IMG/VR virus record: IMGVR_UViG_3300045988_038298
DNA from: a virus
Reading direction: 5' to 3' (one strand)
DNA length: 51,717 nt
The first letter of the stretch is position 1; each line of letters starts with the position of its first letter. Made by a program: the position numbers and the translations under genes. Shown one piece after another: positions 26,464 to 36,624 of this stretch. The notes beneath the pieces were generated by a model that saw only the letters and a program-made list of their open reading frames with translations, did not search any database and had not been told where the DNA came from.

Positions 26464-27375
26464 TTAGCTTCCGATCGCAATCCAATTATAGGTAGCATTA
26501 TTCATGAATTTATATTCTTTCGTTGATTCTGTCCAAGAGAATGTACCACCAGACACGCTAAAACCAGACCTATCTGTGATTCCACAAGCTTTTGAATACA
26601 CGCTGTAATCACCACAGAATATCACCTTTGCTTTTCCTGCATCTGCGGAATACACAGCAGTAACAACACCTACTGATGTGATTTTATCAGCATAGATTAT
26701 CATCTTGTCAATCTTAGACAAGCCAGTATCGATAGTAGGAGATGATGTTGTTCCAGCTTTTACTTGTACACCGACAGAATCTCCACCAGATGCTTCCATT
26801 GTTCCGGTAGCAACACCATTCTTGGATGTGAACCTCTTACCTTTTCGCACATCTTCTGGCATTGCGTCACCAAAGAATGCACCTAGTGAACCATCGCCCC
26901 AAACTCTAATGTTGCCTCCCTTTTTTAGGTACGCAGATGCGTTGTCAAGAGAAACGCTGTTAAGAGTCATATAAAGATCTCCATTATATTTACTTATATT
27001 AACTCGTCCATTACCAACTGTAAGCTTGCTTCCCGTAAGCGATACCATACTTCCAGTGACTTTTTCTCCGTCAACATAAGCTGTCTTCCCTGATACAATG
27101 TCCTCTGATAATGCCGTAGCATCTGATGTGTCGATTCCGCTTGACTGTGTCATAGTTCCAACAATTCGCTGTCCGCTACTATCATGAGCTGTAGCACCAG
27201 CCAACAGATTTTCTGGTGTCACAGTATCTTCTGCAAAATTAATCAGCGCACCAACTATTTTTGCACCAGTTTTATCATGAGCCACAGTACCCTCTAAAAG
27301 TTTGTCTTCTGTAACTGTGTCCTCTGTCAAATCCAGTAATACACGTCCATCGTATTCGATTTTATTTACGTCCAT
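26464..27375 (-). CDS. tail-fibre-like protein with DTVT..LL.G.TAH repeats
   Basis: Three N-terminal repeats of about 30 aa; paralog of 27393..27968. Confidence 0.55.
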   Translation of the reverse strand: MDVNKIEYDGRVLLDLTEDTVTEDKLLEGTVAHDKTGAKIVGALINFAEDTVTPENLLAGATAHDSSGQRIVGTMTQSSGIDTSDATALSEDIVSGKTAYVDGEKVTGSMVSLTGSKLTVGNGRVNISKYNGDLYMTLNSVSLDNASAYLKKGGNIRVWGDGSLGAFFGDAMPEDVRKGKRFTSKNGVATGTMEASGGDSVGVQVKAGTTSSPTIDTGLSKIDKMIIYADKITSVGVVTAVYSADAGKAKVIFCGDYSVYSKACGITDRSGFSVSGGTFSWTESTKEYKFMNNATYNWIAIGS

Positions 27376-27392
27376 ATTTTGCTCCTCTCTAA

Positions 27393-27968
27393 CTAACCGA
27401 TTGTTACTGTAAGCCCACCTGCACTGTTTTCCGACTCAACATAAGGAATCTTCTCAACAATCACCTGTGAGAGACAATTATAACCTTCGTCCGGAAGAAT
27501 CGTCTGCTGTGTGCTATTTGGTGTTACTGTCTTTGATTGTGGCTTCATTCCTTCGCTACTGGACATCGAGCCTTTAACTCCCAAAATCGTGATTCCTTCT
27601 CGAATGTTTTTGGCGACAAGTTTTGCCTGTTCTTCGCTATCAATTGTTACATTTCCAGATCCGTCATGATAGCCTTGTGCAATTGCATAGCTTTCTGCCA
27701 GAGTCTTAATTGTTCCGGTTACAGCACCGTTATTCGGCATTGTTCCGACAATTTTTGCCCCTCTTGCATAAGCTGTTTTTCCTTTTAAAATCTCTGCTAC
27801 CGCCACAGTAGCATCATTAGAGTCCACGTCATACGTGCAAGTACCTGTGACTGCCCCACCGTCTTTTCCATGAGCCGTGATGCCTTTTAACAGCTTGTCC
27901 GCTGTCACTGTATCTCCCGTTAAATCAATCAGTGTATTTCCACCATATACTACTTTGTTAATTCCCAT
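27393..27968 (-). CDS. tail-fibre-like protein, paralog of 26464..27375
   Basis: MGINKVVYGGNTLIDLTGDTVTADKLLKGITAHGKDG. Confidence 0.55.
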   Translation of the reverse strand: MGINKVVYGGNTLIDLTGDTVTADKLLKGITAHGKDGGAVTGTCTYDVDSNDATVAVAEILKGKTAYARGAKIVGTMPNNGAVTGTIKTLAESYAIAQGYHDGSGNVTIDSEEQAKLVAKNIREGITILGVKGSMSSSEGMKPQSKTVTPNSTQQTILPDEGYNCLSQVIVEKIPYVESENSAGGLTVTIG

Positions 27969-27970
27969 CG

Positions 27971-28225
27971 TTATAATTCCTTTCCGATAATTACTGTCTG
28001 TCCGCCTTCGATATTGCTTACCTCGAAGAATGGAATTTCTTTAATTGTTACGTCTTCTGTCAGATATTTTTGATTTGTGGCAAGTATCTGTTCATGTGGT
28101 TTTGGTACTACAATATAATCGCCATCATAATAATCAACATCTTTGTTCCCTGACACCTGTTGAAAGCTCTGAAATTCAACATTCATTTTGCAATCCGATT
28201 CTTTAAATGCCACATCGATCTTCAT
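27971..28225 (-). CDS. hypothetical tail-associated protein sharing the C-terminal module of 27393..27968
   Basis: IKEIPFFEVSNIEGGQTVIIG versus VEKIPYVESENSAGGLTVTIG. Confidence 0.5.
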   Translation of the reverse strand: MKIDVAFKESDCKMNVEFQSFQQVSGNKDVDYYDGDYIVVPKPHEQILATNQKYLTEDVTIKEIPFFEVSNIEGGQTVIIGKEL

Positions 28226-28530
28226 TAAATAACGCCCTCTTTCAATATTCTTCCGACAAATACTCGGATAATGTTGGATGCCAATGCGTTACCATCCTTT
28301 GTACGGATGCGTATCTGAATTTCGGCAGTTTCTCTAGGATTTTGCTGAAATTTAAGCGTATCCTCTTGTGTAAGAGCAAGAGTTACTGCTGATCCTTGAC
28401 AATTACAATCGGCAATTGTTTTTTCAATTACGACTCTATTATTTTGCGAAATCGTAACATACATTTTTGCAATTAATAATGTATCGAACGGCAATTCAAA
28501 TTCTAATTTAGGTGTAGTACCTCTAATCAT
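28225..28530 (-). CDS. hypothetical tail-region protein (101 aa)
   Basis: ORF; ATGA-type junction. Confidence 0.5.
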   Translation of the reverse strand: MIRGTTPKLEFELPFDTLLIAKMYVTISQNNRVVIEKTIADCNCQGSAVTLALTQEDTLKFQQNPRETAEIQIRIRTKDGNALASNIIRVFVGRILKEGVI

Positions 28531-28583
28531 GTTATCACCTCTTTCTTTGGAATGAACCTTCTTCAGTTGTGCAGTCCGACCAT

Positions 28584-28832
28584 TTACTCATGTTCGTTTT
28601 CTTTATCCTTATTCTGAAGCTCTTCTACTATAGCATCTGTCTGCTCTGCCATATATGCTACCTGTTGTCTGTGTTCCTCTTCCAGTAAGGACTCCATAAT
28701 CAAGCTGATAACAGCACCGTCTAAACCATACTTAGCTGCTGCTGTGTTAATAGCCAGTCTCATGTAATTCCTGCACTGGTTGACTCGAAAGTTGAACGGT
28801 AATGCAACCTTTTCTTTCTTTTCTTCTTCCAT
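28584..28832 (-). CDS. hypothetical protein (82 aa)
   Basis: ORF in the late operon. Confidence 0.5.
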   Translation of the reverse strand: MEEEKKEKVALPFNFRVNQCRNYMRLAINTAAAKYGLDGAVISLIMESLLEEEHRQQVAYMAEQTDAIVEELQNKDKENEHE

Positions 28833-28844
28833 GATTACTCCTTT

Positions 28845-29144
28845 CTACAGAATCTCCCACAAATCCTCGGATTCCTCTGGCGAGTTGGCTTGTGTAGTGG
28901 TATGAGATTTCATACACTTACACAACACAAGCTCTTCTTGTAGATGTGGTTCTTCCTTTTCTAGTAACATTGTGGATACAGCATTAGATACACGTACCGC
29001 ATAGCGTTCTCCCTCTTTTACTTCCATGCCTTCTTTCCATACAGGAAAACAGCACGGCAAGGATGCTGCCTGTTCATCTGTAAGGTTACTGGCTGTCAGT
29101 TCGATAAGTTTTCTAATCTGTCTTGCAGCTTCTGTCATGCTCAT
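28845..29144 (-). CDS. hypothetical protein (99 aa)
   Basis: ORF in the late operon. Confidence 0.5.
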   Translation of the reverse strand: MSMTEAARQIRKLIELTASNLTDEQAASLPCCFPVWKEGMEVKEGERYAVRVSNAVSTMLLEKEEPHLQEELVLCKCMKSHTTTQANSPEESEDLWEIL

Positions 29145-29311
29145 GATTCTTCTCCCAGTATGATTTTTAGTGCCGTTTCTTCACTGCTTTCTATTCGTTC
29201 TATTACGTTCTTGCTTGGTTGCACTGTTTTTTCTGTTGATACTCCTTCTTCCAGTATGTATTCATCTATATTCCGTTTCTCCATATCAATTTTTTCTTCC
29301 GCCTGCTCCAT
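29141..29311 (-). CDS. small acidic protein (56 aa, below the ORF-track cut-off)
   Basis: Hand translation MEQAEEKIDMEKRNIDEYILEEG...; RBS aagaggtg; ATGA overlap with the next gene. Confidence 0.4.
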   Translation of the reverse strand: MEQAEEKIDMEKRNIDEYILEEGVSTEKTVQPSKNVIERIESSEETALKIILGEES

Positions 29312-29322
29312 GTTTGCACCTC

Positions 29323-31986
29323 TTACTTTTCGTAATAATTCAGATCAATCAGGATCCCGTTCTTAAATCCCATGCGTCCATTTGATCCCCACGTCTGAAG
29401 TGTACCATCTGAATTAACAGCTAATACCTGAACATAATTGATTGTTTTTGTAATCCCACCACCCTCAAATGACGGGTTTTTTAGCGTCCAATTATGCATA
29501 TCGATGTTGCATCCCATATTCACGGCATCTCCTGTGTAATTATCAAAGTCAGCACTTGCATAAGTCATCTTCATTAAATAAGATTTGTCATTCCTATTTT
29601 TCTTATATGACCATGACATATACCATCCATCGTACTCAAGGTCGAATACCAGTCCCTTTTTGTTCGCATCGCTTAGCAAGTAGTTTGTACCGATATTGCC
29701 TAGCTCTGTGTCTCCTAGATAATACCTCGTGGCACCGGATGACATCTCAGCCTTTCTATTTCCTAATACTGTTGTAACAATTCCGTTGATATTCGCACCC
29801 TGACAAGTGAGGACTCCATTTTCTGTCATACTGGAATAGGTTGACTTCCAACTAATCTCGTTTGCTTTCAAGCGGATAGAATCCGCTTTCTGCTCAATGA
29901 TTGACGCTACATCACCCGCTGTGACTTTCAGTTCTATCTTTCCAGCAAGGACTTCTATTTGTGCAATAGCTTTATCTGCGACAGTATCGTCTGTGTACTT
30001 TGTAGCAAGCACCCAGTCTGATGAGCGGTAATATCCAGTTTGTCTTGAGGTCTGGCACCGCATCAGGTCGCCTGTGCTTCCTTGCGTCCACAAATCTCCG
30101 ACATCATAAGGCGGAGTCGGTGTTGATGTGAACGCTCTTCTCTTTCCATCTGCGGTATCTTGAGCTTTTGATGCCTTTTGCATAGCAGACTCGATGTCCG
30201 CATCCTTAACTCTTACCCACTGGAAAGATGTATCAACTTTCATGTAGCGGTAGGTGAAACCTTTGCTCTTCCAAAAGAAGAGGTCACCAACGTGCTTCTG
30301 TCTCACGGATGCTGTAGTCCATTCTGATGCAGGAAGGTTGGAATTGCTTGGAGCGTAGTCGAAGTAGTAAGTGTCTATCTTTCCATCTATTTGTTTCTGT
30401 ACTGATTCCTGGTCCGACTTGTAAACATTGTTCACAAAGTTATCGACTTTTTCGCCAGCTATTTCACCAACAGACTTTCCGGTTATAGTTACTGATTCTG
30501 CGTTAATAACTACTCTTCCGGTTTCTGTATCAGCGTAAAAAGTGATATTTCCATTCTTATCTTTAACAATAATTGATCCTGAATTAATGTAATCTGCATT
30601 AATTCCTACAGTGTATAGAATCCTTGTAATCAGATCGCCAGTAAGAAATAATCCATAAGGATATGTCTTACCACCATCATTCGAGATACCAATAGCTTCA
30701 GATGTGATTTTAATTACATTCTTCGATTCTTCTACTGTTGGCTTATCATGAATATATGTTATCGTACTTCCGTCCGGTTGAGTAACTTCTGTAGCATACA
30801 TTCCAGATGCATTCTCAAGTGTCTTATTAAGGTTCTCGACAGCTTCTTCAAATTCTGTTTTGGTATTCTGTGCATCCTTTTTCACTTGTTCATATATCTT
30901 TGTAGCTTCGCTGTAGTATGTACTCTTCTGACGTTCCGGGTCTTTAATACCACATGATAATTGACTATTTCCAAGATAATTGAATTCATTGGATGTGACA
31001 AATGTTGGATATACTTTTTCTTTTCTATCCACAACGCACACAAGATCCATAAATTCAATCGTAGGATCCGGGAAGAATTCTCCACTAAACGACCGCAGGC
31101 GCGAACCAATCAGCACCTCACCAATCAGCTGTAGAGCTTCCTCCTCGTTCCCTTCAATAAGAGGATTCGTGATTTCCAATGCATAGTCCTCAGTACCTCT
31201 TAACAGTATTGTACTCTTGTTTTCTTCCTTCTTTGTGGTCGCAATTCCAGTGATTGTAACCGGGTCCGTTCCGATATTGGGATCCGTTGGATAATTCTCT
31301 AATATGCAGTATCCGACCCCTTCTTTTAAATCTGCTTTTTTCGTGATGTTTGCTATTGGTGAAAAATCATAGCTCTTGATCGTAAGTGTTCCATTCTGGA
31401 TAATCGCATTTCCAACAGCAATCTGTGCAATATATCCGATTACCTCTCGACAAGTTACCTTTTTCGGTGCGTTCTTGATAGAATAATCCTGATTCTTAAA
31501 TGTCGGACTTCCAAGAGATATGTCGCATGTGTTACATACTTCTCTTAAGAGTTGTCCGGCAGTAGTTGGATAAGATAGATTTGAACTGAAATCAATATCT
31601 GCTTTATGCATATCATCATATCCAACAAGCTCAATCGTGTCACCGACAGCAGTTGGTTCAAGGACTGTGAATGTTCCTTCTAAGAGCCTTTCTTTTCCGC
31701 TGCTTACGTCCGCTTCTGTATGCAGTGATATTTGTGCGTAGTAGAAATCATAATTAGAATATCTCTCATCCAGGTTATCAATAACCAATATGATAGATTT
31801 GGAGAGCGCGGATCCCAAAGGAAATCCGTTACCTCCATCTTCTGAATATCCATTTCCACTGATGAAAAAATCATTTTCTGAATCAAGGACTAACTTCTCA
31901 CCGTTTTTCAGTGTAATCGATGCGTAAGCATAGAACGGACCGCCTGACTTTATGATGTTTTTGAATTCGTTGCTTACATTCTTCAT
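29323..31986 (-). CDS. tail tip / minor structural protein (antireceptor-type, 887 aa)
   Basis: N-terminus MKNVSNEFKNIIKSGGPFYAYASITL typical of phage minor structural proteins; lies downstream of the tape measure. Confidence 0.7.
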   Translation of the reverse strand: MKNVSNEFKNIIKSGGPFYAYASITLKNGEKLVLDSENDFFISGNGYSEDGGNGFPLGSALSKSIILVIDNLDERYSNYDFYYAQISLHTEADVSSGKERLLEGTFTVLEPTAVGDTIELVGYDDMHKADIDFSSNLSYPTTAGQLLREVCNTCDISLGSPTFKNQDYSIKNAPKKVTCREVIGYIAQIAVGNAIIQNGTLTIKSYDFSPIANITKKADLKEGVGYCILENYPTDPNIGTDPVTITGIATTKKEENKSTILLRGTEDYALEITNPLIEGNEEEALQLIGEVLIGSRLRSFSGEFFPDPTIEFMDLVCVVDRKEKVYPTFVTSNEFNYLGNSQLSCGIKDPERQKSTYYSEATKIYEQVKKDAQNTKTEFEEAVENLNKTLENASGMYATEVTQPDGSTITYIHDKPTVEESKNVIKITSEAIGISNDGGKTYPYGLFLTGDLITRILYTVGINADYINSGSIIVKDKNGNITFYADTETGRVVINAESVTITGKSVGEIAGEKVDNFVNNVYKSDQESVQKQIDGKIDTYYFDYAPSNSNLPASEWTTASVRQKHVGDLFFWKSKGFTYRYMKVDTSFQWVRVKDADIESAMQKASKAQDTADGKRRAFTSTPTPPYDVGDLWTQGSTGDLMRCQTSRQTGYYRSSDWVLATKYTDDTVADKAIAQIEVLAGKIELKVTAGDVASIIEQKADSIRLKANEISWKSTYSSMTENGVLTCQGANINGIVTTVLGNRKAEMSSGATRYYLGDTELGNIGTNYLLSDANKKGLVFDLEYDGWYMSWSYKKNRNDKSYLMKMTYASADFDNYTGDAVNMGCNIDMHNWTLKNPSFEGGGITKTINYVQVLAVNSDGTLQTWGSNGRMGFKNGILIDLNYYEK

Positions 31987-32007
31987 AATCTACCTCTAAC
32001 TTTATAA

Positions 32008-32038
32008 GGTCAGCGATCATCTCTAAATGATGACCGGT
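32008..32038 (-). promoter_or_regulatory. conserved intercistronic stem-loop, copy ii
   Basis: - strand CCGGUCAUC-AUUUAGA-GAUGAUCG-CUGACC; see findings. Confidence 0.6.
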
Positions 32039-32043
32039 ATAAA

Positions 32044-32424
32044 CTACAATGGATTAACTGATGTGACCTGAAAGCTCAGTTCATCCAACTTTTCTTCTCC
32101 GACTACTAGACTGATACAAGGTGCGTTGAAATTTGCAGCATAGAACGGTGATGTTTCCCACACTCCCTTGTAAACGTTATAATGGAAGAAATCAAACTCC
32201 GCTTTGCCAAGTACCTGTTTCAAAATCTCTCCACCGGTCTTCGCCGGAAGGTCTGTCCATTTCAGTTCATAGGCTTCTACTGTGAAGAGAGGGGAATTCT
32301 TCATATTTCCCCTCATTGTTCTTCCAGAGTTCTCAGTGGAAGTAGTAGCCATTGATATCTGATATCCGTCTTCGTCCACTTCCGGTGCTGTGTACGAACC
32401 GAATTTTAAATGATTCTGTGCCAT
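32044..32424 (-). CDS. short distal-tail-like protein (126 aa)
   Basis: Position between the tape measure and the tail tip protein. Confidence 0.4.
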   Translation of the reverse strand: MAQNHLKFGSYTAPEVDEDGYQISMATTSTENSGRTMRGNMKNSPLFTVEAYELKWTDLPAKTGGEILKQVLGKAEFDFFHYNVYKGVWETSPFYAANFNAPCISLVVGEEKLDELSFQVTSVNPL

Positions 32425-32434
32425 GTTCTACCTC

Positions 32435-35400
32435 CTAAGCCATTTCAAACGGATTTCTTCCCGTCTGTGTTCTCATGTTCTTCCCTTCTTCAAGTACAGC
32501 CTTCGCAATCTGTCTACGGTTCAGATATACCGGTACTTCAATCTTGCGTGAGTTGTTTCCGGTCTCTTCTCTTACAATCTTGCGTATAAGGCTTTCAGGT
32601 GCTTCGATGTTGTTACCACTCTTCTGGTCACCAAGCACTGCCATGAACTCTTTGTTCGGCGGGATAACTGCTCCTTGTGCTAAATACGGAATCCGTGGAG
32701 TTGAAATATATCCAATGTTGAATCCGAAAGAAGAATATCCGGTTAAATCCTGTACCCACCCAGGAAGATCAATCGAAATCGCATTTAATGCATTTGCAAT
32801 TCCATGCTGCATGCGTTCCACTGCATAGAGTAACTGGTTGATGAATCCAATGATTGCATTAATCGGAGATTTCACAATACCAGCAAAAGCTCCCCATACT
32901 CCACTGAAGATTTCTTTCACTCCGTTCCATGCTTGACTCCAATTCGAGCTGAAGACGCCAGTAACGAAATCAATAATTCCCTGGAATACTTGTTTCACGG
33001 AATTAACAATATCTTTCAGTGTTTTTCCCCAAGATTCCATGTACATTCCGACCAATCCGAATGTCTTTTCGAAATTCACGCGGAATACTTTTTCAAGGAA
33101 GTCGCTGAATGGCGTCAGGATATTATCCTTGATGAATGTGAATACTGCAACAATTGCTTCTTTCAATCCTTCTGCGATAGCTTTTAATCCCTCGGTTACA
33201 AGTGTGGTATCGTCAGTAAATACTCCTTTGAAGAAATCTAAGAAGCCATTCAGTACTTCAAGGATTCCAGCTGTAATCTGCGCTACTGTTCCGAACAAAT
33301 TGATAAATGTCGTAGCAAGCCACTCAAATATAGGAGCTAAAACCGGTATGATTGTTTCTATCAGCCAGCTTATGAATGGCGCAAGAATGCTTTCCCATAA
33401 AATGCCAAGAATATCTATCACTTTTCCGATTAATGTGAGTGCCTGTCCTATGGCATCACTGACCGGACCATTCAGAACTTCTGATACTAGTGTTGCAATA
33501 TTCGAAAGAACTGGTGCAATGTAATTATTGAATACATCAAGCAAAGCTCCAACAATCATGCTGAATCCATTCGTCAGTTTTTGGAAGTATGGGGCAATGT
33601 GGTTGTCGTATAAATCCGTCACACCATCTGCGACATTATGAAGAAAAGTTTCTATTCCTTGTGTTATTGTTTCAATCGGAGCAAGCAGTTCATTGATTGC
33701 AGTAATGATTTTTTGCTTATTATCAACAATCGGCTGTACGATAAAATTAATCAAATCTCTTGCGAAAGATGCTACTAATTCAGAAACTAATCCAAACGCT
33801 GTGGCGAATATTCCTATAATATTTCCAGTGATATTCTGCGCTGTCTGTGAACCGAATGTCTGAGCAAAAATTTCTGCGATTGTAGCTGCAAGAGTGCCAA
33901 TCAAATCCATGATTTCAGCACCTATATCAAACATTCTGATAAGATAACGTTTTATCCTGTCTACATTCTCGGCAAGATAGCTTTCGATTCCACCTACTAT
34001 ATTCACTGCTATGGTCAGCCCTATGCTCACAAATGCTCCGGCAATCTTCCCTAGATTGTAAATGAATTTTCTAGCAAAATTCTTCGCTGCTGCTTGAACA
34101 TCTTTATCAGTAAATATGTCTCTGATGTATCCGCTGATAGAATTTAAGTCCTTCTTGAGTTCTTCGATCAGTGGCTTGTAATCTCCGAGTCCATCCCAGA
34201 ATCCACTCATGAAGATATCTCTGATCTGCTTCAACTTGTCCAGTACGGATTCAAGCAAGGATGCAAACTTATTGTCAATCGGTACTTCTTCGAACAATGG
34301 TCCGGAACCACTACCGCCACCGGCACCACCTCCACCACCACCGGATCCACCAGAACCGTTTCCTGAGTCTTGCTTATCCATTTTATTGATATCATCAAGT
34401 GGCGATAAGTACTCTTCCGCAGCTTCCGTAGCTTCTTTTGTTCCGTCCGCTGCATCTTTCGCACCGTTTGCCGTATCCTTAAGGCTTCCGGCATAATCTT
34501 TCTGTACTGCGATTGCCTTCGTGTACGTACTCTTTCCAGACAAGAATGAGAAGAACATACTTACATAGCTTGCAGCTGTTGAAAGCATATCAATGAATTT
34601 GCTAAGAATCGGTGCTACTATATTTAAAATTGGTGCAAACGCTGTTGCAAGGCTGTTTTTAAGTGTCTCAAGACTTCCCCACAGCATTGATATACTGCTG
34701 TTTGTGCTACTTGAGTACTGTGCAAGGTTTGTGAATCCATCCTTGATAGCGTTGATTGCCACTGAGAACGCTCTAAATGCTATGCTCATTAATAGTGACA
34801 TTCCAAGCATTCTTCCAATGCCGAATCTCGCACCCGTCGCAGCTTTCCCAGTTTTTGCGATAGACCTTGATGCCTTCTCACTTGCGCTTGCTAACTTCTG
34901 CTGTGCCGGTGCTGCACTCATCAACTTCTGCTTGTATTCGTCCACACTTCCTTTTACAGAATTGTACGATGTGTGAAGTCTGTTATTCATGTCCGCAAGC
35001 TTTCTCTCTTCTGCTTGCAATGCACGCATGCTGGCTGCTGCTTCCTGTGTCTTTGATCCAAGCGTAAATGCTCCGCCTGATGCTTCTAATTCTGCTAATT
35101 CTGCTTTAGCATATTTAATTTCATTCTCAAGCTCTTCTATGTCATACTGCATCTTCTTAAAAGACGAGCTGTTCTTTCTGCCACCAGTAGAAAGGAATTT
35201 ATCCTGTGCAGCTTTCAGTGAATTCAGTTTTTGAGTAGCCTGTGAAATCTGTGTTTGTATCTCTCTGTATTCGTCTGTTGGTACTTTCTGTTCACCGTAC
35301 TCAGCAATCTTTTTCTTCAGTTCAGATACCTTACGCTCCTGTGCAGCGTATTCATTGTTCAGCTTAGCGAATGCATCTGCTTGTTTGTTGAGAGCTGTCT

Positions 35401-35533
35401 GCGCTTTGTTCCCCATGTCATTTACAGAGTTTGCCATTCTTCTGACAGCTGCTTCAACTTCTCTGCTTCCGGCTTTCATGCCGTCAGCGTTAATCTCTGT
35501 GTCAATTATGATATAGCCGTCGGCTTGTGCCAT
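32435..35533 (-). CDS. tail tape measure protein
   Basis: 1032 aa; N-terminal coiled coil, Gly-rich GSGGSGGGGGGAGGGSGSG, hydrophobic repeats; canonical position. Confidence 0.9.
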   Translation of the reverse strand: MAQADGYIIIDTEINADGMKAGSREVEAAVRRMANSVNDMGNKAQTALNKQADAFAKLNNEYAAQERKVSELKKKIAEYGEQKVPTDEYREIQTQISQATQKLNSLKAAQDKFLSTGGRKNSSSFKKMQYDIEELENEIKYAKAELAELEASGGAFTLGSKTQEAAASMRALQAEERKLADMNNRLHTSYNSVKGSVDEYKQKLMSAAPAQQKLASASEKASRSIAKTGKAATGARFGIGRMLGMSLLMSIAFRAFSVAINAIKDGFTNLAQYSSSTNSSISMLWGSLETLKNSLATAFAPILNIVAPILSKFIDMLSTAASYVSMFFSFLSGKSTYTKAIAVQKDYAGSLKDTANGAKDAADGTKEATEAAEEYLSPLDDINKMDKQDSGNGSGGSGGGGGGAGGGSGSGPLFEEVPIDNKFASLLESVLDKLKQIRDIFMSGFWDGLGDYKPLIEELKKDLNSISGYIRDIFTDKDVQAAAKNFARKFIYNLGKIAGAFVSIGLTIAVNIVGGIESYLAENVDRIKRYLIRMFDIGAEIMDLIGTLAATIAEIFAQTFGSQTAQNITGNIIGIFATAFGLVSELVASFARDLINFIVQPIVDNKQKIITAINELLAPIETITQGIETFLHNVADGVTDLYDNHIAPYFQKLTNGFSMIVGALLDVFNNYIAPVLSNIATLVSEVLNGPVSDAIGQALTLIGKVIDILGILWESILAPFISWLIETIIPVLAPIFEWLATTFINLFGTVAQITAGILEVLNGFLDFFKGVFTDDTTLVTEGLKAIAEGLKEAIVAVFTFIKDNILTPFSDFLEKVFRVNFEKTFGLVGMYMESWGKTLKDIVNSVKQVFQGIIDFVTGVFSSNWSQAWNGVKEIFSGVWGAFAGIVKSPINAIIGFINQLLYAVERMQHGIANALNAISIDLPGWVQDLTGYSSFGFNIGYISTPRIPYLAQGAVIPPNKEFMAVLGDQKSGNNIEAPESLIRKIVREETGNNSRKIEVPVYLNRRQIAKAVLEEGKNMRTQTGRNPFEMA

Positions 35534-35563
35534 TTCTAATCCTTTCCACCGCTAATTATCTGC

Positions 35564-35594
35564 GGTCAGCGAATATCTCTATGCGATATCCGGT
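35564..35594 (-). promoter_or_regulatory. conserved intercistronic stem-loop, copy iii
   Basis: - strand CCGGAUAUC-GCAUAGA-GAUAUUCG-CUGACC. Confidence 0.6.
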
Positions 35595-36190
35595 TATTTA
35601 TTCAATCCGAAGAGTTCTCGGAGTTCAGCTTTCTCTTCGTCACTTCTCTCTGTACTCTTCTGATGCAAGTCTACGATAGACTTATTGTTTTTGTAATATT
35701 CCTGTTCCCACTTCTCTAACTTCTTACCTTTTCTCTTCTTGTCTCGGATGCTGACTACAGTTGAGAAGGTACTTTCTCCAATCTCCATATAGAGTCCGAA
35801 GAACGTCCACCAGTGCATATAGTCTGTAGCTCGCACATCAGCATTATTCACCTTATTCACAGCCGGTATGATGATTGGTGCATCCTGTTCCCAGTCCATT
35901 GTTCTAGGTCTTGATTTGCCATCATTCTTGATACCGCAATCGATGAACTCACACGCTTTCTGACAGGCTTCTTGCCAATCCTTAGGTGGCATGGAATCAA
36001 AGTCCACATAGAGGATTCTAAGCATCGTGAGTGTTTTCTCCTGTTGTTTCTCTTCTTCTGTCATGCCAGGCTCGAAGATATCCGGATCATTCATAGCAGA
36101 AAGAATATCCAATATCACTCTAAAATCAGAGCGTATCGAATATTCTTTTCCATTAACGTCTAAAGATGTGGGAAGTTTCCACGGATCCAT
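35594..36190 (-). CDS. Gp15-like tail assembly protein
   Basis: MDPWKLPTSLDVNGKEYSIRSDFRVILDIL; position upstream of the tape measure. Confidence 0.5.
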   Translation of the reverse strand: MDPWKLPTSLDVNGKEYSIRSDFRVILDILSAMNDPDIFEPGMTEEEKQQEKTLTMLRILYVDFDSMPPKDWQEACQKACEFIDCGIKNDGKSRPRTMDWEQDAPIIIPAVNKVNNADVRATDYMHWWTFFGLYMEIGESTFSTVVSIRDKKRKGKKLEKWEQEYYKNNKSIVDLHQKSTERSDEEKAELRELFGLNK

Positions 36191-36624
36191 TAATTATGGT
36201 ACTTAGCCACATACTTATTCATGCGACTCTGTACCTTCTTTGTGCGGATATTCATTTCCTTTTCAATCACTTTTGCGATAGAGGACAGAACATTCTCCAT
36301 ATACAGTTCTCCATTCGCCAGTGGTGAGAATGCTCCGAGGATAGAGAAGAATGTCTCTTTTGCATCTTCTCCGATAAGATAAGAGATTCTCTCTGTAATA
36401 TCTTCCTCAGCTCTTCTCATATCCGCTTCACTTGGATTCTCTGGTAGCTGATATGAATTGTAGTATTCAACTACTTCCTCATATCTCTTCACGATATTTG
36501 TATCTGTAGGTCTGAACTCGAACTTGCCGAGTACCTTTCCTCTTTTGTTCTCAATCGTGTAGACTTTGCTACCATCATCAACTACGATCTTGTTTCCAAT
36601 TGGTTTAACTAATTTGTTTGCCAT
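36190..36624 (-). CDS. tail assembly chaperone-like protein
   Basis: Position between the tail tube and Gp15-like genes. Confidence 0.45.
   Translation of the reverse strand: MANKLVKPIGNKIVVDDGSKVYTIENKRGKVLGKFEFRPTDTNIVKRYEEVVEYYNSYQLPENPSEADMRRAEEDITERISYLIGEDAKETFFSILGAFSPLANGELYMENVLSSIAKVIEKEMNIRTKKVQSRMNKYVAKYHN

Noticed and set aside
34209-34496. ORFs on both strands over the Gly-rich segment of the tape measure gene.
   Set aside because: They are an artefact of the GGN/CCN low-complexity tract that encodes GSGGSGGGGGGAGGGSGSG within the tape measure protein.
35594-36624. Programmed -1 frameshift expected between the two tail chaperone genes upstream of the tape measure.
   Set aside because: The two ORFs meet at a TAATG junction with an ordinary start, and I could not find a slippery heptamer near the end of 36190..36624. 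A frameshift cannot be excluded without profiling, but it is not supported.
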